Positions 30,315 through 45,772 of a stretch of DNA of 64,000 nucleotides are shown here, piece after piece; the stretch's first letter is position 1; each line of letters starts with the position of its first letter. Origin of the DNA: Eledone cirrhosa (lineage: Eukaryota); NCBI GenBank assembly GCA_964016885.1, contig OZ024759.1, forward strand, positions 16,492,001-16,556,000, given 5' to 3'. Both the position numbers and the translations under genes were made by a program. The notes under the pieces are model-generated. The model was not told where the DNA came from and ran no database searches. It worked only from the letters and a program-made list of their open reading frames with translations.

Positions 30315-32357
30315 GTGTGTGTGTGTGTGTGAAGAGAGACATCCATATCGTTGCCACTCCCTCTTTCTGGTTATTGGAAAAACACGGAAATACAAGTAGA
30401 AAGATATGGAACTAGTAGATAGAGTGGTCGGAAACATGTAACCCATGGCTTATTGTTGACTAGTTTGTGGATGAAAAAATATATAAATGAGCTCATATTT
30501 CTGATCACGAGTGGTCAGCCTTCTACATTGCAAAATAAATAATTGTTTCTACTTTAGGCACAAGACAAGCAATTAACCAGTGCATTACTGGTACTTTATT
30601 TTATCGACATTGCAAAATAAATAATACCGAGGCATAATAATGGTTTCTGATTTAGGCACAAGGCCAACAATTTTTGAGAAGAGGAAAGTCGCTTAAATCG
30701 ATCCCAGTGCGTTACCGGTACTTTATTTTATCGATTCTGTAAGGATGAAAGGCAAAGCTAACCTCGGTGGGATTCGAACTCATAACATAAAGAGCCTGAA
30801 CAAATACCGCAAAACAGTTTGTCTTTATGGTTCTGCCAACGGCCTTACATCAATGCTTAATAATGATTTTTAATTTAGGCACAAGGCCAGCAATTTGTAG
30901 GGTGAGGAAAGTCGATTATATCGATCACAGTACTTAACTGGTACTTATTTTATCGACTTCATAAAGCCGAAAAGCGAAGTTGACTCAGCAGGATTTAAAT
31001 CCAGAACGTAAAGGGCCGTAACTAAATGCCTTAAAGGATTTTTGTCCGGTGCTCTAACGATTCTGCCAATAATGAAAGTAAAGCAACAATCGTTTCGAAG
31101 CCATTTTCCTTGGTAAAGCAAGTGCGTGAACTTGTTGCGGTGTTGGACTCGCGCTCATAAGGTCGTGGGTTCAACTCCTGGACCAGACAGCACGTTGTGT
31201 TCTTGAGCAAGATACTTCATTTCATGCTGCTATTATTAAAACACACGAAAAACCTCCTATGAGATGTAGGCTCGTAAGAGGCCAGTTAAACCTATATAGG
31301 GGAGAGACATTGCTAAAGTACCAAAGAAACCTCTTAAATCTTTGTTTCATCATGAAAGCATAAAGACGGAGGAAAAAAGCCTTTTACAATAGTTTTTTTT
31401 TTAATGTAAAATAAATAATAAAGAAATCGTTATGTAAATGCAGAAGACAGACTAGCTTATCAGTATTATGTGGAAAATGAAAGTGAATTGATGACAACGC
31501 TACCACCATCACTAACACAACAGGCTATAACTACAGCTGAGAGCCCCACCCACTTTGACTTTCTTGTTTCGAAACTACTGGACTGTGTAAACTGCTCACT
31601 GGAAATGAAATTAAAAAAAAAAATGAAAAAGCAAAAACGAACACAAAGAATAAAAAAAAATATTTCTTCTTAGAGATACTTTCATTATTAAATTTTAAAT
31701 GGGCGGTGGATTGGCAGTATCGGTAGAGGGTCGGACGCCATGCTTTCCAGCATAGTTACGTCCCTTTACGATCTGAGTTCAAATCCCGCCGAGGTTGACT
31801 TTGCCTTTCATCCTTACGGGGTCGATAAAATAAAGTACCAGTAATGCACTGGGTAATTGCTGGCCTTGTGCCTAAAGTAGAAACAATTATTAAATTTTAA
31901 ATGCTTTCATTTACGGAATTTAAAAAAATTAAAACTTAAACGTAAACTTAGAATTCTTTTTCCACCATATCTTCTAATTTCATCATCATCATCATTTTAC
32001 GTCCGCTTTTCCCTGCTTGCAAGGGTGGGACGGGAACTGATTGTAGCTTGATTTCTACAGCTGGATGCCCTTCCTAACACCAACCTCATTTACAGTGAGT
32101 GCTGCATGCTTTTTTGCCGTGGCACCTCCACGACTACTTTGTAGTGGAATAACAGGGACCCCAGTCCTATCATCTCATTTCTACAGCTGAGTAAACTGGA
32201 GCAATGTGAAATAAAGTGTCTTGCTCAAGGAAACAACACATCACCTGGTCTGATGTGTTGTTTCCTTGATATATATAGTATATGTATGGTAATATTGGGG
32301 TTTTCCAATATAGATCCTGGTAAAGATGAGAGAAGCTCCAAGCTGTCCAGTTTCTTT

Positions 32358-32436
<79 letters not shown>

Positions 32437-35400
32437 GTATAGCATTAAAAAGACCAGAGGCCATATATAATAATAATAATGAAAATATTGTGTACAGTGC
32501 CCAGGTGCACTACAACTTATCAAAAGTGCATGTATAGTACATAGGGTAATGTACAAACGTCAGGAAAATGAACAGTGCATGAGTCATGATATACACGTGT
32601 GCATGTGTATGGAAGGGGGACATAAGGTGTAGTTTTGGTGAATTTCGGGAAGCATGAAGGTTTTAAATGATGCAGTGTCTCGGCAGCTAACAACTGACGC
32701 AGGTAGTTTGTTTCATGCTTCAGCAACTCTAAGAGTGAAAAAATGTTTCCGAAAGTCATGGGAGCTGTGCTGTTTTCTGATTTTGTAGGCATGTCCACGT
32801 GTGTTAGACACATGGAGATCAAAAAGGTGCTCAGAGTTGTTGTTGGCGAGATGGTTAATAACTTTGTGGGTGTTTACCAAGTCCATTGCCAGACGTTGGA
32901 GCTTCAATGAATCTATGCCCAGGGAAGCAAGGCATTCAGAGTATGGTAGGTGTCTGATGGAGGGTATGCGTTTGGTTGCACGTCTCTGAACAGTTTCCAG
33001 GAGGTCAATGTTCTGAGCAAGATAGGGGTTCCAGACTGATGATGCGAATTCCAAGTGTGGTCGTACCATAGCTGTATTACAGCTTTAAATAGATGGCTGG
33101 AGAGCGGCCAACAAAGGTCTTGCTGAGTGATGCCAAAACCCCCTCGGCCTTCTTGACAATTTTAGAGATGTGCTTTGTCCAACGCAAATCGCTGCTGACA
33201 GTAATGCCCAGGTCACGTTCACAAGAGGACTTCTTGATATCAGTGTTGTGGAGGGAGTATGTGGACGCTCCCAAAATGCATGGTGGTACACTTGTCCACA
33301 GCCAGCTTCAGTTGCCAGCCTTTGATCCATTGCTGCATTGTGTCCAGGTCTGATTGTAGGAAAGAGTTATAGATTTCAGGATCTGTCTTTTCGATTTCAA
33401 GGTACAGCTTAATGTCATCTGCATATTTCAGAACTGTGGTATTCTTTAAGTTGGCATCTATGTCATTAATGTATGCAACAAACAAAAGGGGACCAAGAAC
33501 AGATCCCTGTGGTACACCAGATAACATCTCATATGGTGAAGAATGCTGTCCTAGAACCGTGACTACCTCTTTTCGGCTGAGAATGAAGAATTTCAACCAG
33601 TTAAAAAGATTATCCTTCATACCCATTTCAGAGAGTTTCGCCATGTAGTTGAATTAAGATTATTTTTATCTCCATGATACATCCACTGAGGACTATGCCT
33701 AGATAGTTTCCGTCCTACCAATTCTAATAGCCTGAGCTTTAAAGCAATTTCGTACAACTTGAAAAAGTATATACTTTCCTTATGCATATTAACGGCTGAG
33801 CAGCCTAATTTGCATATCGAGTGAGTTCAGTCGGCCGGGCACACTGAAAACGATAAATGGAATAGAATGAAACGAAATTTCATATATATATATATATATG
33901 TTTGTGACTGGCAGATAGTATCAGCAATGTAAAAATCAATGAAAATATTGTCTGTGATTCAACCTCATGATCAGCTTTTTTCTTTTTTTTTTATTAAATT
34001 TAGTTCAATTCTTCAAATAAAAATTCTTATATTTAGTTATTTTTTTGTTTTTTTTTACAAAAAAGGTTTTCTTTTTCTTTTCCAGTGAAGATGAAATCCT
34101 CCACCATTCAGAAGAATATGAATCTTTTTATTCAACATTTGTCGCCCTATCAGCACATTACTTAGGAGCAAATGCAGGTTCTGGTAAGTAGCACATCACC
34201 ACCACCATTATCATTGTCATCACCATCATCACAGCCGCCAACACCATTATCACCATCACCAACATCATCATCATCATCATTATCATCACCGCCACCACCA
34301 TCATTACCATCACCGCCACCACCACCAGTATCATCATCATCATCACCACCACCATCGTCATTACCATCACTGCCGCCACCACCACCACCACCATCGTCAT
34401 TAACATCACCGTCACCATCACCACTATCACCATCACCATCATCATTACCACCATCACCACCATCATTGCTGTCCCCACCACCATTATCACCATCATCATT
34501 ACCACCACCACCACTTCATCATCATTACCATCACCACCACCACTTCATCATCATAACCATCACCACTTCGCACAATGCTTTGTATGAACTACACTACTTT
34601 ATGATAAATTTTGTTTTCTTATGAGAAATCTTTTCCATCCTTGTGTTTCAGTTACAAAGGTTAATTTACCATGTGTTATATCTGCGACAAAAGTTTTACT
34701 AGCATTCCTTGTGAACAGGCTAGAAAAACACAGTACCAACTGTACTATTTCACAGGTAATATTTTTATATACTCCATACTCCCACTTCCGTCAACTGTAA
34801 AGTGGTCGTGTATGTGTCACGACAAAAGGCACCTAGTCCACACTGTAAAGTGGTCGTGTAGGTGTCACAACAAAAAGCACCTAGTCCACACTGTAAAGTG
34901 GTCGTGTAGGTGTCACAACAAAAGGCACCTAGTTCACACTGTAAAGTGGTCGTGTAGGTGTCACGACAAAAAGCACCTAGTCCACACTGTAAAGTGGTCG
35001 TGTAGGTGTCACAACAAAAGGCACCTAGTCCACACTGTAAAGTGGTCGTGTAGGTGTCACGACAAAAAGCAGCTAGTCCACACTGTAAAGTGGTCGTGTA
35101 GGTGTCACAACAAAAGGCACCTAGTTCACACTGTAAAGTGGTCGTGTAGGTGTCACGACAAAAAGCACCTAGTCCACACTGTAAAGTGGTCGTGTAGGTG
35201 TCACAACAAAAGGCACCTAGTCCACACTGTAAAGTGGTCGTGTAGGTGTCACAACAAAAAGCACCTAGTCCACACTGTAAAGTGGTCGTGTAGGTGTCAC
35301 GACAAAAGGCACCTAGTCCACACTGTAAAGTGGTCGTGTAGGTGTCACGACAAAAAGCACCTAGTCCACACTGTAAAGTGGTCGTGTAGGTGTCACAACA

Positions 35401-38400
35401 AAAGGCACCTAGTCCACACTGTAAAGTGGTCGTGTAGGTGTCACGACAAAAAGCAGCTAGTCCACACTGTAAAGTGGTCGTGTAGGTGTCACGACAAAAA
35501 GCACCTAGTCCACACTGTAAAGTGGTCGTGTAGGTGTCACGACAAAAAGCACTCAGTCCACTCTGTAAAGTGGTCATGTAGGTGACAACAAAAAGCACCT
35601 AGTCCACACTGTAAAGTGGTCGTGTAGGAGGCACGGTAAAAAGGCTCCCAGTCCACACTATAAATGTGGTTGGTGTTAGGAAGGGCATCCAACTGTAGAA
35701 AACCTGCCAGAGACAATTCTGTACGAGCGAGACACGGTCACCCGACCAATGTTGCCTCAAGAGGGATAAACCCGTCCAACCCATGCTAGCGTGGAAGATG
35801 GACATTAAATGATGATGATGATTACAGAGGGTCGGTAGGACTCTTCAGGTGTGTCAAAGACATGACATCTTCCCTGGTGTTGGTGATCTACATGATAAAT
35901 ACACCCAGTACATGCTGTAAAGTGGTTAGTGATCGGAAGGGCATCCACTTGTAGAAAGATGACCAAATTAAGGGTCATGAGGACTCTTTAGTTGTATCAA
36001 GTACATGACAACCTCCTTGGTGTTGGTGATCTACATGATAAATGCACCCAGTACACTCTGTAAAGTGCTTGGTGATAGGAAGGGTATCCAGCAGTATAAA
36101 ACCTACCAAACTAAAGGTCAAGAGGACTCTTTAACTGTGTTAAAGACATGATAACCTCCCTAGTGTTGTGATCTACACAATAGCTGCACCCAGTACACTC
36201 TGAAGCAGTTAGTGATAGGATGGGTATCCAGCCATAGAAAGCTTGCCAAACTAAGGGTTGGGAAGACCTTTCAATTATCAAATATATGACAATCTCCTTA
36301 ATGTTAGCGTTACAATAAAAATGTGCTCTGTAGAGCGTGGAATTATATATATGTGTGATGTGGCCACCTGGCCCATCTGAGAGGTCAGTAGCTCCACTTG
36401 AGCCCTGACTTGGTATGTGATGACTCATCCAACCCTTGCTAGTAGAGAAGATGGATGTTAAATTATGATAGTACAGTGCAAGCATAAGAGAGAGAGAGTC
36501 CCACTTCTTCGGTCATGGCTGTGGGTTATTTCATTTCATTTCCCTTTTATTCATCTATCATCATTATCATCATCACCAGTTAAAGTCCATGTTAGCATGG
36601 GTTAGACAAGTTGTCCCATTATGAGACAAGCCAGGTCAGATGACCAAGTCTTGCTCCTACAGAACTGATTTTGGCTTGGTTTCTATGGCTGGAAGCCCTT
36701 CCTAACACCAATCACATTTACAGTGTGTACCTGGTGCTTTTTGTTGTGACACCCACACAACCACTTTACAGTGTGGTTTGTGCGGTTTTTGTTGTCTGTA
36801 TTAACCTAAGAAATATTTAAAATATTTAAATTTGTTTTCAACACTAAAATATTTGAAAATATCAGAGCTCTAAACACAGAAAATAACTGAACTATAAATA
36901 ATAGTTTAGAGGGAGAAATAATGAACAGAAGTGCCTCTGTTCTTTTTCCTCACCTCTAAAGGTCTTCTTCTTCGCCCACTTATTCCTTAGAGAGTCGTGG
37001 GAGCAGAACTCAAACTTCTTCCAGTGATAGCTGTCTCGGTGGCCTAGTGATAGGTATTAGGCCGGTGGAGATCCTGGTTTGGTGTTCAATCTCAGTCAAG
37101 AGGTACACTGACGGAGGTTTTGCATCTCTAAAAGTAGTTTACCAAATTTTCTCGACTATTATTTATAATAGAGGGGCCTGTTAAAAAAATATATTGCAAT
37201 CTCCATTTTATGTCGCAAAAACTGGCGATAGGCCTGATGCATGGGATGGACACACAAAGATTGTGTATCCTTAGACCCTAAAGATGGTTTGGAAGGGAGC
37301 AAACCGTGACAAAAAAAAATATTCATAATAATCAACTGTTAATACAGTTATTTTCTGTGTTTTGGGCTCCTACTTTCTCAACATTGAAATAAGAATTTAA
37401 AAAAAAATCCAAAACAATGTGATTAACAGTGTTTTTATTATATTGCAGAAATATATAATGATCTTGATTAAAGGTTTGTGTGAGGGCACAGGCAGCCTCC
37501 TTAAACAGGATATTGTGACATTCACAGCACTTCTCAAGTCAGCAACAACTCCTGATCACATCACAGAATCTGCCTCAGGTTTGTTCTTGTCTTTGTCTTC
37601 CTCATTGTCTTTGTCATTGTTTGAGGCCATCTAAACCTGCAGAGGTGTGAGCTGTAACTATCATTAAAACACTTGAAAAACTTCCTATGAGATGTTACCT
37701 TGTAGGAGGCCAGGTAAACCTGCAGAGGTGTGAGCTGTAACTATCATTAAAACACTTGAAAAACTTCCTATGAGATGTTACCTTGTAGGAGGCCAGGTAA
37801 ACCTGCAGAGGTGTGAGCTGTAACATGATAGGACTGGAGCTCCTATCATTAAAACACCCGAGAAACTTCCTATGAGATGTTACCTTGTAGGAGGCCAGCT
37901 ATACTTTCATAAATGTGAGCTGTAACGACAAAATGATAGGAAGCCAGCCAAAGCAGTATATGTTTGAGTTGTGACAGTAACATGATAGGACTGAGCCCCC
38001 TGCTATCATTAAAATATCCGAGAAACCTCCTATGAGATGCAACCTTGGCGGAGGCCAGTTAAAGTGGTATATGTGTGAACTGTAAATTTCATTTCATTTT
38101 CGATCCTTATTAAATATTTGCCTTCTTTCTTTGTAGAGGAGGAACCTGAACCAAAAGAGAGCAAGCGGCCTAGGCTAGATTTTGGACAGAATATTTTTGA
38201 TCAATTAACTTCTGTCCTTGAGGAAGTAACTCCATTTACAAGTCATATTTCAAAAACTGAGGCTCCCAATGAGAACCTAAATACCGATGGTGACACCACT
38301 ATTGTCCACATTACAGATTCTCTAGAAGAGGTCCAGCTATTATTTGCCAAGAAAAATTTATCCAATCTCCTCCAACTGAATGGTAGTGAGATACTAGTTG

Positions 38401-41400
38401 ATGTGTGTTCTCACCTGCCACTACTAGCTCGGTACATCCACCGGTGTCGAGAGGCTATCAGTAGCACTTCCTTTGTCCTTCCCCTCACATTATCTGAAGC
38501 TCTAACAGCTAGAAATAGGTAGGTTCTGCACATTTCTATTTACCATATATCCTCGTATATAAGATGAGAAATATATGACAAAAAATTGATTGTAAAATAG
38601 AAGATTGGCTTATATTTGAAGTCAATATTTTGCTGGTTTTCAACAACTTAAAAATTCTATGTAAATGAGATGCTAAAATATTTTCACTTTGTTTACACCA
38701 GTTTCACATTAGAGGTGAAATTTGTTTTGAATGAAAATGACCTTCAAGACGGTCAGGAATTGGTAAAAACTCATTACTTAAGGAAGTTATGAAACAAAAA
38801 CTATACTTTAAACAACATTTAAAACATTTTAAAATATCAAATATTAAAACTTCATAAATATATTCTCCAGTCATGAGAATTTTAAACTGTACCATCTAAA
38901 CATAATGTGTTTGATTAGCTGCCTTGGCTTATACACAGGGTTTAGATTTTTGCTCATTTCTCAGACATAAAATAGGGGTGGTTGGCTTATAGTCAAGTAT
39001 ATACAGTATATTTGGTCTTTTTACTGTATTTTTCCAGCCAAATTTATCTCTGAATCCCTCGCCACTCCTGCCCCTCCTCTTGGCCCAACTATGCCAGTGT
39101 GGAAACCCAGCCACACTCCCCACTATATACCTCAGATGTCAATCACTCTCCCTAAGACCTCTCCTGCCCACTATGGGCTAGCAACAAGTAGCTGTGAAGT
39201 GGTTGACAGGAAAGGTATTGAGCTATAGAAGCTATGAAACTATGCCAGAATGGAATCTATGAGCAAAACCTAGCCTCATAACGTGACATGTCTAACCCAT
39301 GCAAGTATGGAAAATAGATGTAAAAGAGTGACGATTATGATGATGATGATGTGACACTCCAGTGTGTGTGTGTCACATTGGTGTGCGTGACACACTGATG
39401 TATATGAGACACCTTTATTTTGAAGTTTATAATAAAGTTAATATACAACTGTATTCACACATGGCTTGTGTGTTTGTGTTTGTCATAAACATTACCTTCA
39501 TGTCCTTTATGCTGGCATGGGTTGGACTCTTTGGCTTGGGTTTTTCCAGCTAAATGTCCTTCTTATTGCCAAACACATTACAGTGCCAACTGGATGCATT
39601 TCATGAATACCACCAGCATTTCTTGACCATATCTAACAAAATTCACATGATTTCAAATAATAATTCAAAATTCTTCATTATTTCATGATTGCATTTCTAA
39701 TGAAATATTCTCTATTTTAATGAATTAATGAAGAATTTTGAGGGATTTACTAAAGTTATTAATTGCTAAGATAGTAACTTAACGTAAGGTTATTAGATAA
39801 AATTATGTTGGAAGATTTTAATTTAAATTGGAAACCTTTAAAATGGGTGGCTTTATTTCATAGAACCAGAGTTGGTTTTGGTCAGGTTGGTAACTAAAGA
39901 GTTAATTAATTAAAATAGAATGCATTTCATTAGAAATACATTCAGAGTAGTGTCTTATATTCTGTTTTTTTTTCTATTTTTCCAGCTATCCATCACTACT
40001 AAATGATGTATTAATTGTATGGCGAGCATTTAGTCTACCAGTACTTGAGCCTCTTACTCCACGGCAACTAGAAAAAATTACCATAGTCACATTAGGTTGC
40101 CTCTACAGTTCGATTGTTGTGGCAATATCTAATACAATTGTGAACCTTGCCAGTGCAGTTCCAATGAAGAATGCTGCCAATAAAGATGAAGAATTAGATA
40201 ATTGTGGAATGACCATTGTTCAAAAAACTGTAAGCTTTCATTATCTTCTACATCAGTTTGTTTAATTATGTAAGCTGATGCATATATTAACTCTCGGTTC
40301 TTGAATAATCGTCCCCCTATCCCCCCCAGCTTAATTATTTTTCAGATTCTTTCCAACCTCCCCCCCACTTATTAAATTTTGCTAATTATCTCTGGCGAAA
40401 TTTTATTTTAAGTTGTAGCATTCCTGTGACAATTTTCTTTATACATTAAAAAACATTATACATGACAAAAAAGTACATTATAAGAAATACCATATGTTTA
40501 TGAAATAAATAGGATGGGTTGGGGGTCTCAATATGTAAACTGAATGACTAATTCTGGTTTTTAAAAAATCAATGGAGACAACCTAGAAAAATTACCGATT
40601 TTCCACCTGCCCTCTAGTCTCCCCCCTCCTTGTGCGCTTATTCCAATTCCCCCTCTATTATTTGGGATCCGATAGTACAGTCCTTTACATTCTGAGTTTA
40701 AAACTTGCTGAGGTAACTTTTACTTTCATCTTTACGGGGTCAATAAGATAAAGCACCAGTAATGCACTGGGGTCGATTTAATCGACTTTCCCCTTGCCCA
40801 AATTGTTGGCCTAATGCTTAAATAAGAAACCATTACGTTCTACACAAATCATTTATTGTGTTAAATGTAGTGAAATGTTGGTAATAATGTTATTCAATAT
40901 AGTGCATAGCTCGGAGATCAGAGAGTCACTCTAGCTAGAGCCACTACTTCTCTGAATTCAGGGATCACTGCTCCAATACTACAGAGCATGTGGTTAGAAT
41001 ATCTCGGGGGAAAGAATCACTAGACAGATTTTACAGGCAAAACCAACCAGCAAGGGACTGAGCTGGTCTTGTTTGGGGGTCCAGCTGGATCAATTAGAGA
41101 TGGTTGCTTCTGACAGAACCTGCTGGAATGAGTGTTGAGGACTTTACTCCCATGACCCTCCCAGAAACAAGTCAGTGAATAAGAAGTTTGTATTTAGTTA
41201 TTTCACCTAATGGAACTATATCTCATTTTATTGAAAATCTGATTATTTTTCTTTGCAGCTTGAAATAGTAAACATTGTCTCTTCTGTGATTAGAAATTCC
41301 ACGAGAGCTGGTGGCCATGTAAGTTTAAAGAATTTTATTGCATTAAATTATTGCTGTGTATACTTGAGTAAAAGTTGAACCCCCCTATTTTTGGCCAAGA

Positions 41401-44400
41401 AATCTAGAATTTTACTTAGACCTCGTATAAAAGTTGACCCTAGTATTTCACAGATAACAGGTCAACATTTGTGGGTCAAGTTATCATTTTGTACATAGAA
41501 ATAACACTGTTTCAAAAATCGTCATGAATTTAAGGCAAGTTTATATTATTACAAATACATGTCTGAAACTAAAACTTTACCTAAACGTGTACTGAAAGTT
41601 TGATTGATAGGAGTAAAAGAGCAAGTGTAAATATTTATAAGAGCTAAGTAGCCTTGTTTATGGACTTGTTATTTATTAGGATGTGTTTTGATAGATAGAA
41701 TCAGTAATATTACTGTAATTCATTGTTTTTGTTTTTAGTAATTTAGAGATCAGTTGAGCTTCTGCTACTGATACGGTACTTTGGATTCTAGCTTTGAATT
41801 TCAAGTAGTTTTATTCGCAAAAGTAGTATCCAAGTAATAGTTGACCCCTTTAATTTAAAAGGGGTCTAAGAAATTCGACTTTTACACAAGTATATAAGGT
41901 AATTAGTCCGATGAGTGTCAAATAGGCAGAAACATTTTCAGTGTTGGATTAAATGCCTCTGCATTTGTTATTGTTCCCTGAGCTGCTCTGAGTTCAAATC
42001 CTGCCAATGTCAACATTGCTTTTCATTAGTTAAGGGTTGATAAACGAAGTACTCTTCAGTGGATTGGTGGAATTATTAAAAGCATCCCTTGTGGGTTGTT
42101 AGTTACTATGGTGATATCTATCTGTCTTTCACACACAGTCTCTTTCTCTCACTGTATTTCTCTCTCAATATTTTGGGTGACAAACTGCCTTCAGGAACGA
42201 ATTTTCTTATATTGTATTTTCTCTGAAATATAAATTTTTTTTTTTATTGTAGGTGGTCCAGAATTTGCATATGATGGCCGCCTGGTTACTACTCAAAGGA
42301 TTGCAGAGTATTTTGTCACTGACCCTCTATGTTATACTTGAGCGCAAAGATTCTACTCGGACCAAAAGTCAAGATTCTCAGAAATCCTCCAAAGAATCTC
42401 AGAATATTCGACCAGCTTCTGCAAAGAGGTACCTACCGCCTCCTTTTATTGATATTCAAAATTGTTCATTAATTCTTTAACATCCTTTCATGACTCAGCA
42501 GTGGTATCTTATCTAAGAGAAAAAAAAATGGGGTTTGTTATTTTAAATCATTGTCGCCATTACCGTTTAATGTGTATTTTCTGTGCTTGCATGGATTAGA
42601 TAGGTATTGTATGCTGGGGCCAGACTGGACAGATGACTAGGTTCTGTTTGTGCGTTTCGTTTTGGCCTGGTGTCTATGGCTGGATGCCCTTCCTAACACC
42701 AACCACTTTACATAGTGTATTGGGAGTCATTTTATCATGACTCTGGCACTACCACCTTACAGGGAGGACTGGGTGCTTTTTTTCATATCACCAGTACTAC
42801 CACCTTGGATATTTCCTGCTGGTATGTGGTAAATATGTTTAGTGATTTATTTAATGATCTAAGTCTTAAGTCTGTCTCAAGCCTGGAGCTCATCAGACCT
42901 GTGCTTATCCTAGTTTCCTTTGCATTAAGCAACTGAGAGTACAAAACAACTCCCTTGGACAGGACATCAGTCCATCACAGTGTTAAACCCTCAGCTATTG
43001 CTGGTACTTATTTTCAACTGAGTGTACTAGAGCAATGTGAAATGAAGTGTTTTGCTCAAGAACACAATGCGCAACCCAGTCCATGAATCAAACTCTCGAC
43101 ATTATGATCAGAAGTCCAACATATGCCATCAATATTTAATGATCCCAGGAAATTATTCTATGTTTAATTTAATTGTACAAATTTGTATAAAACTGTGATC
43201 AATTAAGTTTCAGTAGTTCACCTATCTCTTTGTTGTCTGGGCTTAAGTGGCTGGCTGGTTAGTTGGTCTTAATAGTAGCACATGCCCTGACAATTAACCC
43301 TTTAGCATTTAAACTGACCATATCCAACTAGAATTCTCTCACCTTTCTGTTCAAACCAGCCACTCATACTGACATTAAAGTATTGTTCTCAAAATAAATA
43401 ATATCATCATCAAAATCTCATAGATTCCATACTATGTGATATAAAGCCTTTACCATGAAAATATAATAGTAAAGTAATGTAAATGCTAAAGGGTTAAAAA
43501 CTTTAATTTAATATTTATAGTACCTTTGCTACTAAACAGATTTTTGTGAAAATTTATTGTAAATTTACAGTACTGGCTTTAAATTTTAATGAGATGCAGT
43601 CATAGTGTTTTGTACTTTTCAAGAATGCCGAGCTAATGTGGTTTAATGGGACATAGGACATTAAGACATTAATTTTAAACATATGCAGTCATATTGTTGT
43701 TTTGTACTTTTAAAGAATGTCTTGCTAAAATGTTTTCATATAGCACAGTAAGTTAAGAATTAATTTTTAACGTGTTGCAGTCATAGTGTTTAGTACTTTT
43801 CAAGAAGTGACCAGCCAAGCTCATGGATGTTATCCAATCATCTTGCTCGGAGTCGACCCCTGGGTCACCTGCCGGTTGGTTTTGTCCTTAAAATCTGTCC
43901 AGCAATTCTTTCCTGAGACATTCTAACCACATGCCCATTGTATCGGAGCTGTAATCTCTCAGTTCAGAGAAGTAGTGGCTTAGGCTAGAGTGACTCTCTG
44001 ATCTCCAAGCTACGCACTTTATCGAGTAACGTTACTCCAAAGACCCTTGGGAGGAATCCCATTTCAGCTGCTTGCATTCACGATCGTATTCCTGTTAAAT
44101 TTTTCTTTCATGCTGTACAGAGTAGAATAACTTCAATTTTTAAACTTCAATATTCCACATTTTATTAATATATTTTGTTTAACCTTTTCAGTTTTCAAGG
44201 ATTTGGAGTTTTGTCTGTTGCTTTGGCATCAAATGCAATCCAACTGCTTTCAAAATTACTAGATGATTTACAAGTGGAAGGAAACGTGGTGAAGGTATGA
44301 TTATTTTCTTCTAAATTATATTCTGTTGTTTAACCCTATTGTTACCAACTTGTTTGAACTTACCCTTGGTTCTACAATACAAAACTGTTTATTTTTAAGT

Positions 44401-45726
44401 GTTTTATATTTTTTTCTAAAACGTTTCTATCATAATGTTATGTAAGAAATGTTCCAAACACCAGAAAGATAGAGAAAATTAGTTTTATTATTAAAGGGCA
44501 GTGGATTGGCAGTATCAGTAGAGTGTTGGATAATATGCTTTGTAGCATAGTTACGTCCCTTTACACTCTGAGTTCAAATCCTGTCAAGGTTAGCTCTGCC
44601 TTTCATCCTTAAGTGGGTCGATAAAATAAAGCACAGTATATACTGGGGTCGATTTAATCAACTTTCCCCTCCCCATAAATTGCTGGCCTTGTGCCTAAAG
44701 TAGAAACAATTATTAAATCCCTCCAAATTATTGAATATTTTCAAAATGTCTGGAAACTTGTTGCCTGTTCATACATTAGAAATATGGTAGCAAAAGGGTT
44801 AAAGGACATGAAATGTTCATTCAAAAACTTTCTAATCTTTGGATTTGAATATCTGAATCCTTTGTTTTATAAATTGTGAATGTATATTAGATTAACCCTT
44901 TAGCATTTACATTACTCTATATATACTATTATATTTTCATGGTAAATGCTTTACCTCACATAATTATCTCACATAAGATCGAATCTATGAGATTTTGAAA
45001 GTATTTATTTTGAGAACAATACCTTAACATCAGTTTGAGTGACCAGTTTCAACAGAAAAAGGTAGAAAATTCTGGCCGGTTTTGACCGGTTTGAACATTA
45101 AAGGGTTAAAGTTCAAAACTTAAACCTCGCTGTCCACTTTTTTCTGTCTCTAAGAGCTTAGATGCCCAACTTGTTAGACTATATTTCAAAGTAAAAAACC
45201 TGCATTGAAGCTGTTAACTTTAAATCTAACATACATCTAAAATTCATATCTCACTCAAAAGTTTTAAAAATACGATTGTTTCTTTTATATTTCAGGAGAA
45301 AGATGATGAAATGAAAACCAGCATTACAGCTGGTTTTACAGCTTGGCAGAGAGTGCACAAGTTAACGTGCTGCATCAATTTAACCGACTTGTTGTTTAAC
45401 TTGGTAACTGTATCGTTTAGAAAGGTTAGTAGTTAACACATTTTAAATTTTATCTGAATTTGTTCTCTTCAGCTTTCTTATTTTATTTTGAATTTATATA
45501 CACACTTGTACATAACTGATTGTGTTATGGCAGGAAGCATATGTTGTGTCTGGTTTCTTCACCAAATATATATATTACTAGCTGGCCCGCCCGGCTAGGT
45601 ATACCTGTCCGCACCACCCCACTGCAAAGATACCACATGGTCACCTCACCTTGCATTGCCCACAACAGGACAACTAGTCTAACCCAAGCTAGTGTGGAAA
45701 ATGGACGTAAAACGGTTATGATGACG

Positions 45727-45772
<46 letters not shown>

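Noticed and set aside
33240-33644. Reverse transcriptase ORF as a possible novel or domesticated RT system
   Set aside because: It is an ordinary 5'-truncated, frameshifted CR1 LINE, with several other 3' fragments in the window.
34158-34624. Poly-Val/Met and Pro/Ser-rich ORFs
   Set aside because: They come from (CAT/CAC)n low-complexity DNA in UBR4 intron 2.
34671-35598. 304-aa and 277-aa Cys/His-rich repeat ORFs on both strands resembling a metal-binding or zinc-finger protein
   Set aside because: They are translations of the 48-bp tandem array derived from a dispersed retroelement in UBR4 intron 3. The + ORF starts out of frame inside UBR4 exon 3.
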